A stretch of 64,000 nt of DNA, taken from positions 63,737-127,736 of the forward strand of contig JBEKZV010000011.1 in assembly GCA_049509515.1 (NCBI GenBank), in the 5' to 3' direction. The stretch is from Thermoguttaceae bacterium (GTDB lineage: Bacteria > Planctomycetota > Planctomycetia > Pirellulales > Thermoguttaceae). The notes below the pieces were generated by a model. That model was given only the letters and a program-made list of their open reading frames with translations. It made no database searches and was not told the DNA's origin. Below, piece after piece: positions 29,927 to 39,016 of this stretch (position 1 is the stretch's first letter; each line of letters starts with the position of its first letter). The position numbers and the translations under genes are program-made.

Positions 29927-30765
29927 CCCCGAGCCATCTCCCCAGCACAGGCGGCCCCGATCGGCCACGGATCGGATTGGTGGTCGTGGACGACGGCCTC
30001 TATGCACACCGCTGGGTGGCATCCGTGCTGGACCAGGAGAGCATCCGGCCGATCTGTGTGGCTTGCCTGAGCCCCTTTCGGGCCGTGAACCTCAATCCCG
30101 GCGGGGCCCGCGGCTTTTGGGCGGTCAGCCGGGCGAGACTGGCCTACTATGGACGTGTTGCCACATTGAAATTCGGCTGGAAGGCGGCCGGGGCGGTAAT
30201 CGGCGGGCTACGCTTTCGGCTGGGGCTGGGAGGCGAGCCTCGCAGCGTGGCTGCGTTGGCCCGCGCCCGCGGAATCGAGGTGCTGCGGCCGGCCCGCAGC
30301 GACATCGACGACCCCGCCTTTCGCTCCAGGCTGAAAGGCCTTCGCCCGGACCTGCTGGTCTGTGCGTTTTCCCAGAGGGCGAACCGGGATTTTCTGGAGG
30401 TGCCGCGGCTCGGCTGCCTGAACGTCCATTTCTCGCGGCTGCCCGAGCATCGCGGCCGGGAGCCCCTGTTCCACGCTATGCTCGCCGGCCACGGCGCGGG
30501 CGTCTCGGTGCACTGGATGGCCCCCAGGCTGGACGCCGGTCGTATTGTCCTGCAAGAGCCGCTGGACGCAACCGGCCACTGCACGCTTCACGGGCTGATC
30601 CTCGCGGCCTGCGACTTGGCCGCCCGGGTTGTACCGGCGGCGATCGAGAGGGCGATTGCCGGGCCTCCGGCGGAAACCGATACTGGGCCGGTGCCTCCCA
30701 TGGCCGGGTGGCCAGGGCGGGCAGAGGTCGCACGGTTCAGGTCGCGAGGATTCCGCTTTGTGTGA
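29923..30765 (+). CDS. Formyltransferase-domain protein (Fmt/ArnA N-formyltransferase-like)
   Basis: This is the C-terminal, in-frame part of the 547-aa ORF 29122..30765. The true start is ATG at 29923 (MTPSHLPSTGGPDRPRIGLVVVDDGL...). Formyl_trans_N motifs: LLVCAFSQ..., NVHFSRLPEHRGREP (HxSLLPxxRG-like) and VHWMAPRLDAGRIVLQEP. Confidence 0.75.
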   Translation: MTPSHLPSTGGPDRPRIGLVVVDDGLYAHRWVASVLDQESIRPICVACLSPFRAVNLNPGGARGFWAVSRARLAYYGRVATLKFGWKAAGAVIGGLRFRLGLGGEPRSVAALARARGIEVLRPARSDIDDPAFRSRLKGLRPDLLVCAFSQRANRDFLEVPRLGCLNVHFSRLPEHRGREPLFHAMLAGHGAGVSVHWMAPRLDAGRIVLQEPLDATGHCTLHGLILAACDLAARVVPAAIERAIAGPPAETDTGPVPPMAGWPGRAEVARFRSRGFRFV

Positions 30766-30884
30766 TGGACCGCGTTGCCAAGGACAGAGTTGCCCTGGCG
30801 AAGCCACCAATGTCCTTACCCGCATCAGGCCGGCCAGTTACGGCCAATCGTCGCGAGCCGCATCGCCGCGCCCCGATCCGGCGG

Positions 30885-31757
30885 TCACCATTCGAGCGAT
30901 TCGAGGAACTGCAAACTTCGCGGAATCTGCTGGAGAACGGCGGGTGATTCATCCTCGATGAAGTAGTACTTGATGCCGGCCTTCTGCGCGGCGCGGAACA
31001 GGGCGGGCCACTGGACCTGGCCGCTGCCCAGCGCGACGTCGTTGGTGAGCGCGGTGCCGCCCGACAGGCTGCCCGTGGGCACGCCCTTCTTCAGGTCCTT
31101 CAAGTGCATCAGGAGCCAGCGGCTCGGGTACTTCTCGATCAACTGGACGGGGTCCTGGCCGGGCAGCACGGTCCAGAGCACGTCCATCTGGAAGAAGACC
31201 GTCTTGGGATCGGTCTCGCTTGCCAGCAGGTCGAACAGGGTCCCCTGGCCATACGGCTGGAACTCGTAGCCGTGATTGTGATAGTAGAACTTGATCCCGT
31301 GCTTGGCCAGCGCGGCGCCGGCCCGGTTGAACACGCGAGCCGCCTCGCGGCACTGCTCCGGGGTGAACGGGTCCTTGTGGGGAATCCACGCGCAGCCGAC
31401 GTACGGGATTCCCAGGACCTTGGCGTCGCGGGCCACGCCTTCCACGTTGTCGCGGAGCTGATCGAAAGGGAAATGGCGCCCGATGGGGATAAGGCCCCGG
31501 CGGTCGAGCTGTTCCTTGAACTCCGCCGGTGAAAACTTGCCGAGGGCCGCCACCTCGACGTACTTGAAGCCCAGGGCGACGGCCTTGTCGAGCGCGGCCT
31601 CGACACCCTGGGCGCTCTGCATGTCGCGCAGGCTGTAGAGCTGAAGGCCGGTCGGCCCGTGATAGCTCTTGCTCGTGCCCACTTCGCCCGCCGCGGCAAC
31701 GCCGCAGGCGAGCACCAGGGACACCCACACCGCCACGAGTTGCGACTGCTTCTTCAT
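30885..31757 (-). CDS. Secreted sugar phosphate isomerase/epimerase (xylose-isomerase-like TIM barrel)
   Basis: 290 aa. Signal peptide MKKQSQLVAVWVSLVLACGVAAA. AP_endonuc_2/TIM-barrel signatures (LGFKYVEVA, YHNHGYEF, DVLW). Its start overlaps the flotillin stop. Confidence 0.75.
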   Translation of the reverse strand: MKKQSQLVAVWVSLVLACGVAAAGEVGTSKSYHGPTGLQLYSLRDMQSAQGVEAALDKAVALGFKYVEVAALGKFSPAEFKEQLDRRGLIPIGRHFPFDQLRDNVEGVARDAKVLGIPYVGCAWIPHKDPFTPEQCREAARVFNRAGAALAKHGIKFYYHNHGYEFQPYGQGTLFDLLASETDPKTVFFQMDVLWTVLPGQDPVQLIEKYPSRWLLMHLKDLKKGVPTGSLSGGTALTNDVALGSGQVQWPALFRAAQKAGIKYYFIEDESPAVLQQIPRSLQFLESLEW

Positions 31758-33793
31758 CGTGTATCTCCCATTTTCCCGGGCTTGACCTCGATTCCCAGTT
31801 TCTCCGTAGTCAGGATGCTCAACAAGGCCCCCAGCATACTGCTCGCTTGGCCTTGGCTTTCGCCGCCGGCGCCGAAGTTGATCAACTGCGACGGCACCAG
31901 CGGCTGCTGGCTTTGACGGAGCTCGCCGGCGACAATGGCCATCGCATACAGCTTCGGATCGCCGTAGGAGTTGATTTTCAATTGCAGGACCTGCGCCTCG
32001 GCGTTGCCGACGGCGGCAATCGCCTTGGCGTCGCCTTCACCGATCAAGGCGGCTTTCTGGCCCTCGCCCTGGCCGATCAATTGGGCCTGTTTCGCCTGGG
32101 CCTCGGCCAGCACGAGCAGCTTGCCAGCCTCGCCTTCGCCCTGCAATTTGGCTTGCTTGGCTTGGGCCTCGGCCTGCACGACCGTGGTTTCGGCTTTCTT
32201 CCTGGCCTGCGCCAATTCCGCCTCGCCCATGTTTTCGGAAATCCTGATCTGCACCTGGGATTTCGTCAGCTCGGCCTGCAATTGGGCTTGGGCTTGCGCC
32301 TCGTTGAACGACTTCTGGCGGACCGCCGCCTCCTGTTGCTTCTGGAAGGTTTCGACCTGCTCGATGGCAAACTGCCGCAGACGCAGCTGTTCGAGCAGGT
32401 TCTCGATCTTGGTATCGCCCTGCTTGCTCTCGGGCCGGCCGATCAGCACGTCCACGCACTCGATGTCGAAGTGAGTGAACTTCTGCCGCAGCTCATCCCG
32501 CGCCTGCTGCTGGATGTCGTCGCGGTCGTGGATCAGCTGCAACATCGACTTCTTGTGCGCCACGTCGCGGAAATACGCAGAGAGCAGCGGATCGAGCGTC
32601 TGCGTAATGAGTTGTTTCACGTCGCCGAACCGCTGAATGACCGACGGGGCCTTCTGGTAGTCGATGTGTACGACGACCGACAGGGGCAGCGTCGGCTCGT
32701 AGGCGTCGGCGGTGATCAACTCGATGGATTTCAGGGTCTCGTCGTAGTGGTGCTGTTCGGTCCGCCCTGTGATCCAGTGCAGCACGAAGTTGGTGGTCGG
32801 CACAAGGACAATTTGGCCGCTGGCCGTATTGAAGGCGTATTTGCCGGGGCCGAGGGCAACGTCCCAAACGCCCTTCTCGCCCTCCTTGACGCGCTCGCCG
32901 TGCCGGAACTCCTTGCCCGAGGTGTCGGCTCCCTTCTTCCCGTAGTAGCTGACCACGACGCCCACGAAACCGATGGGAACGACTTGCTTCGGAATCAATT
33001 CCACCGTGCAGAACCAGCGGTTGAGGAAATAGGTGCCGTCGATCAGCGGCATGTATTGCAGGCCGCGACGGCCGCCGGCAGCCAGGAACGCCTCGATATC
33101 CTGGTAGTTGTTGTGGAAGTTCGCCTGATCCTTGTCGGTTCCCACGGCCGGGGCGATCAGCTCGCCGGGGGGCAAGGTCGGGCCTTCGTGTACGGTCACG
33201 ATTCCGATTTCATCGGACTTGCCGCCGATTATCAGCGGGCTGAAGCCGTGCAACTCCCTGAGCTGGTGTTGCCACTCTTCCAGACTCTTCGCCCACTCCA
33301 ATGTGAATACGTGGTCCTCGGTAATCACGTTGAACAGAGCGATGTTCACCGCGTATACGCCTTCACGCAGGATGCCGCGCTGCCGGCCTTTTTGCCCGCC
33401 GTTGGCGAGAAACTTCCGCGCGTCTTGGAAGTTGTTGCAGTCGACAATCTTGGCCAAGGTCTGCGACGGCATCAACTGTGTGCCGCCCCGAGAGAAGGCG
33501 TAGCCGATTCTACCCTGCTTGATGGTCACCAACGGGAACTTGTGGAGCGCGTATTGCCACCGCCAGAGACCGAAGTGCAGACCGCCGCGGAGAATGTCCG
33601 CCTGGTAGCCTGCCTCGCGGCTAAGCGCAATGACCGCACCTTCCTTGAGGGAACCTCTGAACGACCATAACTTCTCCACAATGCCGATGCGGTCGTTGGG
33701 AATGTACCTCAGGGTGAGCCAGGCAAGGACCAATACGCCGGCAACGATTTCTGCGGCAAGAAGCATGGGAAACCCTTTCGCAAGTCCCGTCAC
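31754..33793 (-). CDS. Flotillin / SPFH (band 7) domain protein
   Basis: 679 aa with an N-terminal TM segment, an SPFH domain and a long coiled coil with Ala/Glu/Gln repeats (AEAQAKQAKLQGEGEAGKLLVLAEAQAKQAQLIG), typical of flotillins. Confidence 0.85.
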   Translation of the reverse strand: MTGLAKGFPMLLAAEIVAGVLVLAWLTLRYIPNDRIGIVEKLWSFRGSLKEGAVIALSREAGYQADILRGGLHFGLWRWQYALHKFPLVTIKQGRIGYAFSRGGTQLMPSQTLAKIVDCNNFQDARKFLANGGQKGRQRGILREGVYAVNIALFNVITEDHVFTLEWAKSLEEWQHQLRELHGFSPLIIGGKSDEIGIVTVHEGPTLPPGELIAPAVGTDKDQANFHNNYQDIEAFLAAGGRRGLQYMPLIDGTYFLNRWFCTVELIPKQVVPIGFVGVVVSYYGKKGADTSGKEFRHGERVKEGEKGVWDVALGPGKYAFNTASGQIVLVPTTNFVLHWITGRTEQHHYDETLKSIELITADAYEPTLPLSVVVHIDYQKAPSVIQRFGDVKQLITQTLDPLLSAYFRDVAHKKSMLQLIHDRDDIQQQARDELRQKFTHFDIECVDVLIGRPESKQGDTKIENLLEQLRLRQFAIEQVETFQKQQEAAVRQKSFNEAQAQAQLQAELTKSQVQIRISENMGEAELAQARKKAETTVVQAEAQAKQAKLQGEGEAGKLLVLAEAQAKQAQLIGQGEGQKAALIGEGDAKAIAAVGNAEAQVLQLKINSYGDPKLYAMAIVAGELRQSQQPLVPSQLINFGAGGESQGQASSMLGALLSILTTEKLGIEVKPGKMGDTR

Positions 33794-34238
33794 AACCAGG
33801 ATCTGCCCCCCGGAGCGTCTATCCCAGTTTACCTTATGGCATGGGTGTGGCCAGCCCCTTGTGCCTCGCTTTCCGGCGGCCGGCTGCGATCCCCAGCAAC
33901 GCGCATCCCCCCCAAGCGAGTGTCAGAAAGACGGCAGACTGCCCGCTCGCGAATCTCGTCTACGGGATGAAGGACGACCTTCTCAACGGTGCCGCCGGTG
34001 GCCACGGTACCCATGACATGCCCGACCTCGTGACGGCCATCCCGGGCTTCGACCCGGCAATTCCGGAGGCCGTGACCTCGATGGCACCGGCAATTTCGTG
34101 GTGGGCGGGCCTGAAGGGGATAACGGTCCGAGCGGCAAGAAACTTGACAGCCGAGTTTCCAGGGGAGAGAATCGTGTGCTGGAAGCGTACCCGGCCAGAC
34201 TACAAATGGGCAATCTCGATTGAAAGGAAGTCGGCATC

Positions 34239-35582
34239 ATGCGCAAGAGTTACTCGCGACGCGGGTTTATCAAGGGTTCTGCGGCTGCGGCCGGCGTTGC
34301 CGCGCTGACCGGCGTTTCCGGCGGCCCCTTCGTGCTGGCCCAACAGTCGCCGGGCGACAAGCTGCGTGTGGCCGTGATCGGCGCAGCGGGCATGGGCGGC
34401 TACAGCGTGGGCTGCGCCCTCGCCGAGAAGCTGGTCGCGTTGGTTGACGTGGATGAGAACAACATCGCCAAGGTCATGGCGGAGAGCGTCAAGGACACGG
34501 CCAAGCCCAAGATATTCCACGACTATCGGAAGATGCTCGACGAGTGCCACAAGGATCTCGACGTGGTCCTGATCGCCACTCCCGATCACAACCATGCTCC
34601 GGCTGCCATCCGCGCCATCAACTACGGCAAGCACGTCTTCTGCCAGAAACCCCTGGCCCACAATATCGCCGAGTGCTATGCCCTGGCCAAGGCCGCCCGG
34701 GAGAAGAAGGTCCTCACGCAGATGGGCAACCAGGGCTATTGCGGCGAGGCGATCCGCCGCGTGGCGGAATATATTGCCGCCGGGGCCATCGGCACCGTCA
34801 CCGAAACCCACACGCTCTTGGACCGGAACTTTGGCGGCACGGGTGGCCGGCCTCCCTCCAAGCCTGTTCCGGCCGGCCTGCACTGGGACGAGTGGATCGG
34901 CCCGGCGCCCTACCGCGACTACCACGACGGCCTGCACCCCTTCTCGTGGCGCGACTGGAAGGCTTTCGGCACCGGTACCATCGGCGACATGGCCTGCCAT
35001 CGCCTGTGCTTCCCCTTCATGGCGCTGCGGTTGTGGGAGGTCAAGAAGTTCACCGTCGAGTGCATCCATACGAAGAACGGTAGCGACGAGAAGTATCCGC
35101 AGGACAACGTCGTCTGCTACCACATCCCGGCCCGCGACGCTTTCCCGGCCTGCAAGTGCTACGTCTACGACCACGAGGCGCTCCGGCCCGACGTGATGAA
35201 GGAGTTGGAGAGGAAGTATGCGGTCAGGTGGTCCGAGGCCACGCTGTTCGTCGGCACGAAAGGCTATCTGAACAACCACTCGCGGATCATTCCCGAGTCG
35301 GAGCACCGCAAGGTTCCGGTGCCGCCCAAGACGCTGGTGCGTCCCAAGGCCGGCGGCCCCGTCGAGGACCTCTGCGCCTGCATCCGCACCGGGGGCGCCC
35401 CGGTTTCCAATTTCACCGACGCTGCTGGCCCGCTCACGGCCATGGCCCTGACGGGGCACCTCGCCCAGTACGCCGGTATCGGCGGCAAGGTCGAGTGGGA
35501 CGTCGAGAAGATGCAATGCACCAACAAGCCGGAGCTGAACAAGTTTGTCCGCCGCGAGTACCGCCGCGGATGGGAAATGTAG
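34239..35582 (+). CDS. Gfo/Idh/MocA-family oxidoreductase with a TAT signal
   Basis: 447 aa. Begins MRKSYSRRGFIKGSAAAAGVAALTG (twin-arginine). Rossmann motif VAVIGAAGMGG. Ends with the planctomycete-type C-terminal domain ...FVRREYRRGWEM. Confidence 0.85.
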   Translation: MRKSYSRRGFIKGSAAAAGVAALTGVSGGPFVLAQQSPGDKLRVAVIGAAGMGGYSVGCALAEKLVALVDVDENNIAKVMAESVKDTAKPKIFHDYRKMLDECHKDLDVVLIATPDHNHAPAAIRAINYGKHVFCQKPLAHNIAECYALAKAAREKKVLTQMGNQGYCGEAIRRVAEYIAAGAIGTVTETHTLLDRNFGGTGGRPPSKPVPAGLHWDEWIGPAPYRDYHDGLHPFSWRDWKAFGTGTIGDMACHRLCFPFMALRLWEVKKFTVECIHTKNGSDEKYPQDNVVCYHIPARDAFPACKCYVYDHEALRPDVMKELERKYAVRWSEATLFVGTKGYLNNHSRIIPESEHRKVPVPPKTLVRPKAGGPVEDLCACIRTGGAPVSNFTDAAGPLTAMALTGHLAQYAGIGGKVEWDVEKMQCTNKPELNKFVRREYRRGWEM

Positions 35583-35605
35583 TACGACGGGTCGCTGCGC
35601 ACGCG

Positions 35606-36349
35606 TTACGGCTTGACAGAATACTCGATCCCGTCACCCAACGGCAGTGTGGCCGTGACGAGGCCGTTGGCGGGATGGCGGACGAACTCCAAGTAGCCCG
35701 CCACGTCGTCTGGGAAAAGGGTCACGTCGTCGGCCAGGACCACGGCCCCCTGGCGAAGATTGGGCATGACGAGCTTCAGCACGTCGGGGTACATGAGCTT
35801 CCAACCGTCGAGGAACAGCAAATCCACCGTTCCGCCGACATTCCGCAAGGTGCGGAGGGCATCGCCCGCGCGAATGTCGGCAAATTGGGAAAGCCCGGCC
35901 TCGGCAAGATGCCGGTTCGCCTTGGCGACCTTGCTCCCCTCGAGTTCGGAGCCGATCACCACGCCGCCGCCGTTGTCCCGTAGAGCTGCGGCGAAGTAGA
36001 TTGTGGACACCCCGAACGACGTGCCGAACTCCACAATCCGTTTTGCGGAAATGGAACGGGCCACGGCGTAGAGGAATCTCCCGGCATCCCGCGAAACGGG
36101 GAGCAGTGCGTCCTGCAACATCGCCGCCTTCTGCTCCGACGTGGCGGCATTCCAGGCTGCGTCGTCACCGCGCACCTGCCGAACCAGTGCCTCGTCACGG
36201 GCGTCGGCCAGGGCGTGGAGCCGTTCGAGCACGTTCTGCACGCTGGGGAGCAATAGGGAGTTTGTCATAGGGTTTCCCACCGACTGGATGCTACCGCTGG
36301 CGGTCGAGGCGTAAAGTTGCCGCAATGCTTGTTCACGGGTGAGGGGCAT
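35606..36349 (-). CDS. Class I SAM-dependent O-methyltransferase (family 3, caffeoyl-CoA-OMT-like)
   Basis: Listed as a 438-aa ORF to 36922. The credible start is ATG at 36349 (MPLTREQALRQLY...). SAM-binding motif RIVEFGTSFGVST, then DLLFLDGWKLMYPDVLKL. The upstream ORF extension is Arg/Gly-rich junk. Confidence 0.7.
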   Translation of the reverse strand: MPLTREQALRQLYASTASGSIQSVGNPMTNSLLLPSVQNVLERLHALADARDEALVRQVRGDDAAWNAATSEQKAAMLQDALLPVSRDAGRFLYAVARSISAKRIVEFGTSFGVSTIYFAAALRDNGGGVVIGSELEGSKVAKANRHLAEAGLSQFADIRAGDALRTLRNVGGTVDLLFLDGWKLMYPDVLKLVMPNLRQGAVVLADDVTLFPDDVAGYLEFVRHPANGLVTATLPLGDGIEYSVKP

Positions 36350-36420
36350 GGCGAGACTCTGCTCCCCGATTGCGGCACTCCAGGTAGTATTTCTGTTGGC
36401 GATGATCCTCTTGCTCGTTG

Positions 36421-36759
36421 CTAATGAAGCCTCTCCAATTGCCGCAACGGTGCCAACGCCTGGTTCAGCACATACCACACTTGCCAGAGAAAGAACAGGC
36501 TGATGCCCACCACGATGACCGAGAGTGCAAGCTTCCAGGGGCGTGTGAACAGGCGACTCCGCCACAACAGCGGCAACGCGAACGGCCCCAATATCAGAAA
36601 GAGCAGCGGCAACACCACCCACGGGCTTTCCCACCACGCCGCCAAGCCGGCCAGTCCCGCTGCCGTTGGCGTACCACATTGGGGACAGTAGTTGTCCGAT
36701 GCGCCAATCGCGGCCTTGCAGTTGCGGCAGACGACTTGTGGGGTGCTGGGGTTGCTCAT
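36421..36759 (-). CDS. Zinc-ribbon membrane protein
   Basis: Starts at ATG 36759 (MSNPSTPQVVCRNCKAAIGASDNYCPQCGTP). CxxC...CxxC ribbon followed by three hydrophobic helices. Immediately upstream of the methyltransferase gene. Confidence 0.45.
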   Translation of the reverse strand: MSNPSTPQVVCRNCKAAIGASDNYCPQCGTPTAAGLAGLAAWWESPWVVLPLLFLILGPFALPLLWRSRLFTRPWKLALSVIVVGISLFFLWQVWYVLNQALAPLRQLERLH

Positions 36760-37075
36760 GTGGGCTGAGTAGAGAATAAACCGACATTTCCCATTTACGG
36801 TGAGCCCGGAAGCCCTCCAGGCGCACACAACCTCTCATCTTATAACGGCGTGCCTCGCGTGCCCAGCCCCCGAGCGGCGTTTCTCCGCCTGGCCGCCATT
36901 CTCGTTCGCCTCGAAGCCGCATTCCATACCCCCGCCGGAGGAATCCCGGCAGTTCCTGGCGACTGGCGGGCGCCGCTTGCCTCGTCGGGGTATAATGGGG
37001 AGGGCCAGCCGATTCGCAGCGCTGCCCTCAATTCGTCCACGGTCCCCGTCCTTCCTGGCCCCAGGAGACCAGGCG

Positions 37076-39013
37076 ATGCACTTCCGCGTATGCCCGGTTG
37101 TGAGTATGGGGTTTTGCATGGGGGTGTGGGCGGCGGTTTTCGCCGCCGAGCCGCCGGCCGCGGTGCCTCAGACCTTCGACGCCGTTGTGCTGCCGTTCGT
37201 CAAGCGGTATTGCCTGAATTGCCATCGGGGGGCCGACGCCAGACGAGGTGTCCAATTGGACAAATACCGCACGGTCGCGGCCGTGTCGGAGGATCGGGCG
37301 ACGTGGAGCAGGGTGCGTAGCATGCTCCGCGCCCGCAAGATGCCGCCCGAGGACAGCCGCCGCCCGAAAGACGAGGAGTACGACGCGGTCGGCGCCTGGC
37401 TCGCAGCCACGCTCGGCCCGGCCGACCGGGCCGGCCCCCCCGATCCCGGCCGGGTGACGATCAGGCGCCTGAACCGTGCGGAATACTCGAACACCATCCG
37501 CGACCTGCTGGGCGTCGAGTTCAACGCAGCCGCCGATTTCCCCTCCGACGACGTGGGCTACGGGTTCGACAACATCGGCGACGTGCTCACGCTCCCGCCG
37601 CTGCTGCTGGAGAAGTACCTGGCTGCAGCCGAGCAAATCGCTGCGAAGGCAATTGCCGCGGACAAACCGGGCGACAAACTTGCGGACCACCCGGAATCGC
37701 ATCGCCGCATCTTTTTCGTCGCACCGGGGGGGAAATCGTCGCCCGAAGAGGCCGCCGAGCAGATTCTTCGCCGGCTCGCCACGCGGGCTTACCGCCGCCC
37801 GGTCAGCGACCAGGAACTCGCGCGGCTGCTGAAACTCGTCGCAGCCGCTCGTGCGCAAAACGACGGGTTCGAGGCGGGCATCCAACTGGCGCTCGAAGCG
37901 ATCCTCGTCTCGCCGCACTTCCTGTTCCGCGTGGAACTCGACCCGGAACCGAACGGCGTCGGGCGGATCCGCACGCTGAACGAGTACGAATTGGCGTCGC
38001 GGCTCTCCTATTTCCTCTGGAGCAGCATGCCCGACGACGAGTTGTTCGAGCTGGCGGCCCGCGGCAAGCTCCACGAGAACCTCGACCGCCAGGTGCGGCG
38101 GATGCTCGGCGATCCGAGGTCCAAGGCGCTCGTGGAGAACTTCGCCGGGCAGTGGCTGCAACTGCGGAACCTCGACCGGGCCGCGCCCGACAAATCGCAA
38201 TTCCCGGCCTTCGACGACGACTTGCGCCGCGCGATGCGAACCGAGTCCGAGATGTTCTTCGAGACCATCGTGCGCGAGGACCGCAGCGTGCTGGAGCTGC
38301 TCGACGCCGACTTCACGTTCGTCAACGCGCGGCTGGCGCGGCACTACGGGCTGGACGGCGTCGAGGGAGACCGGTTCCGCCGGGTATCGCTCCCGGCCGG
38401 CGGCGGCCAAGATGCCCTGCACGCCCGCGGCGGCGTGCTCACGCAGGCCGCGATCCTCACGGTGACGTCGAATCCCGCGCGGACCTCGCCCGTGAAACGC
38501 GGCAAGTGGGTGCTGGACAACATCCTCGGCACGCCGCCCCCCGATCCGCCGCCGAGTGTTCCCAGGTTGCAGGACGATGCCAAGGCGGTGGCCGCCGGCA
38601 CGGTGCGGCAGCGGATGGAGCAGCACCGCAAAGACCCCGACTGTGCCGTGTGCCACAAGGAAATGGACGCCTTGGGCTTCGCCCTGGAGAACTTCGACGC
38701 CGTGGGCGCCTGGCGGACCAAGGACGGCAACTTCCCCATCGACGCCGCCGCGCAGTTGCCCGACGGCCGGTCGTTCAACGGCCCGCGGGAGCTGAAGGCC
38801 GTGCTCCGCGGCAGCAAGGAACAGTTCGCCCGCTGCCTGACCGAGAAGCTGCTGACCTACGCCGTCGGCCGCGGCGTGGAGCCCTACGATAGGCCGGCAG
38901 TCGAGGGAATCGTCAGTGCCGCGAAGGCCGGCGACTACAAGTTCTCGACGTTGGTCCTGGGCATCGTGCACAGCGACCCCTTCCAGAAACGCCGCGGCAA
39001 GAACAAGGAGTGA
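37076..39013 (+). CDS. DUF1592/DUF1587/DUF1585/DUF1588/DUF1595 multidomain protein, typical of Planctomycetes
   Basis: Listed as an ORF from 36800. Probable start ATG 37076, preceded by aggaga, giving signal MHFRVCPVVSMGFCMGVWAAVFAAE. Contains CLNCH, CAVCH and the conserved blocks of this family. Confidence 0.85.
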   Translation: MHFRVCPVVSMGFCMGVWAAVFAAEPPAAVPQTFDAVVLPFVKRYCLNCHRGADARRGVQLDKYRTVAAVSEDRATWSRVRSMLRARKMPPEDSRRPKDEEYDAVGAWLAATLGPADRAGPPDPGRVTIRRLNRAEYSNTIRDLLGVEFNAAADFPSDDVGYGFDNIGDVLTLPPLLLEKYLAAAEQIAAKAIAADKPGDKLADHPESHRRIFFVAPGGKSSPEEAAEQILRRLATRAYRRPVSDQELARLLKLVAAARAQNDGFEAGIQLALEAILVSPHFLFRVELDPEPNGVGRIRTLNEYELASRLSYFLWSSMPDDELFELAARGKLHENLDRQVRRMLGDPRSKALVENFAGQWLQLRNLDRAAPDKSQFPAFDDDLRRAMRTESEMFFETIVREDRSVLELLDADFTFVNARLARHYGLDGVEGDRFRRVSLPAGGGQDALHARGGVLTQAAILTVTSNPARTSPVKRGKWVLDNILGTPPPDPPPSVPRLQDDAKAVAAGTVRQRMEQHRKDPDCAVCHKEMDALGFALENFDAVGAWRTKDGNFPIDAAAQLPDGRSFNGPRELKAVLRGSKEQFARCLTEKLLTYAVGRGVEPYDRPAVEGIVSAAKAGDYKFSTLVLGIVHSDPFQKRRGKNKE

Positions 39014-39016
39014 GCC

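Noticed and set aside
29122-30765. 547-aa plus-strand ORF spanning the second radical-SAM gene and the formyltransferase gene
   Set aside because: Its N-terminal 267 aa are an alternative frame of the rSAM gene. Only the C-terminal 281 aa (from ATG 29923) carry formyltransferase motifs.
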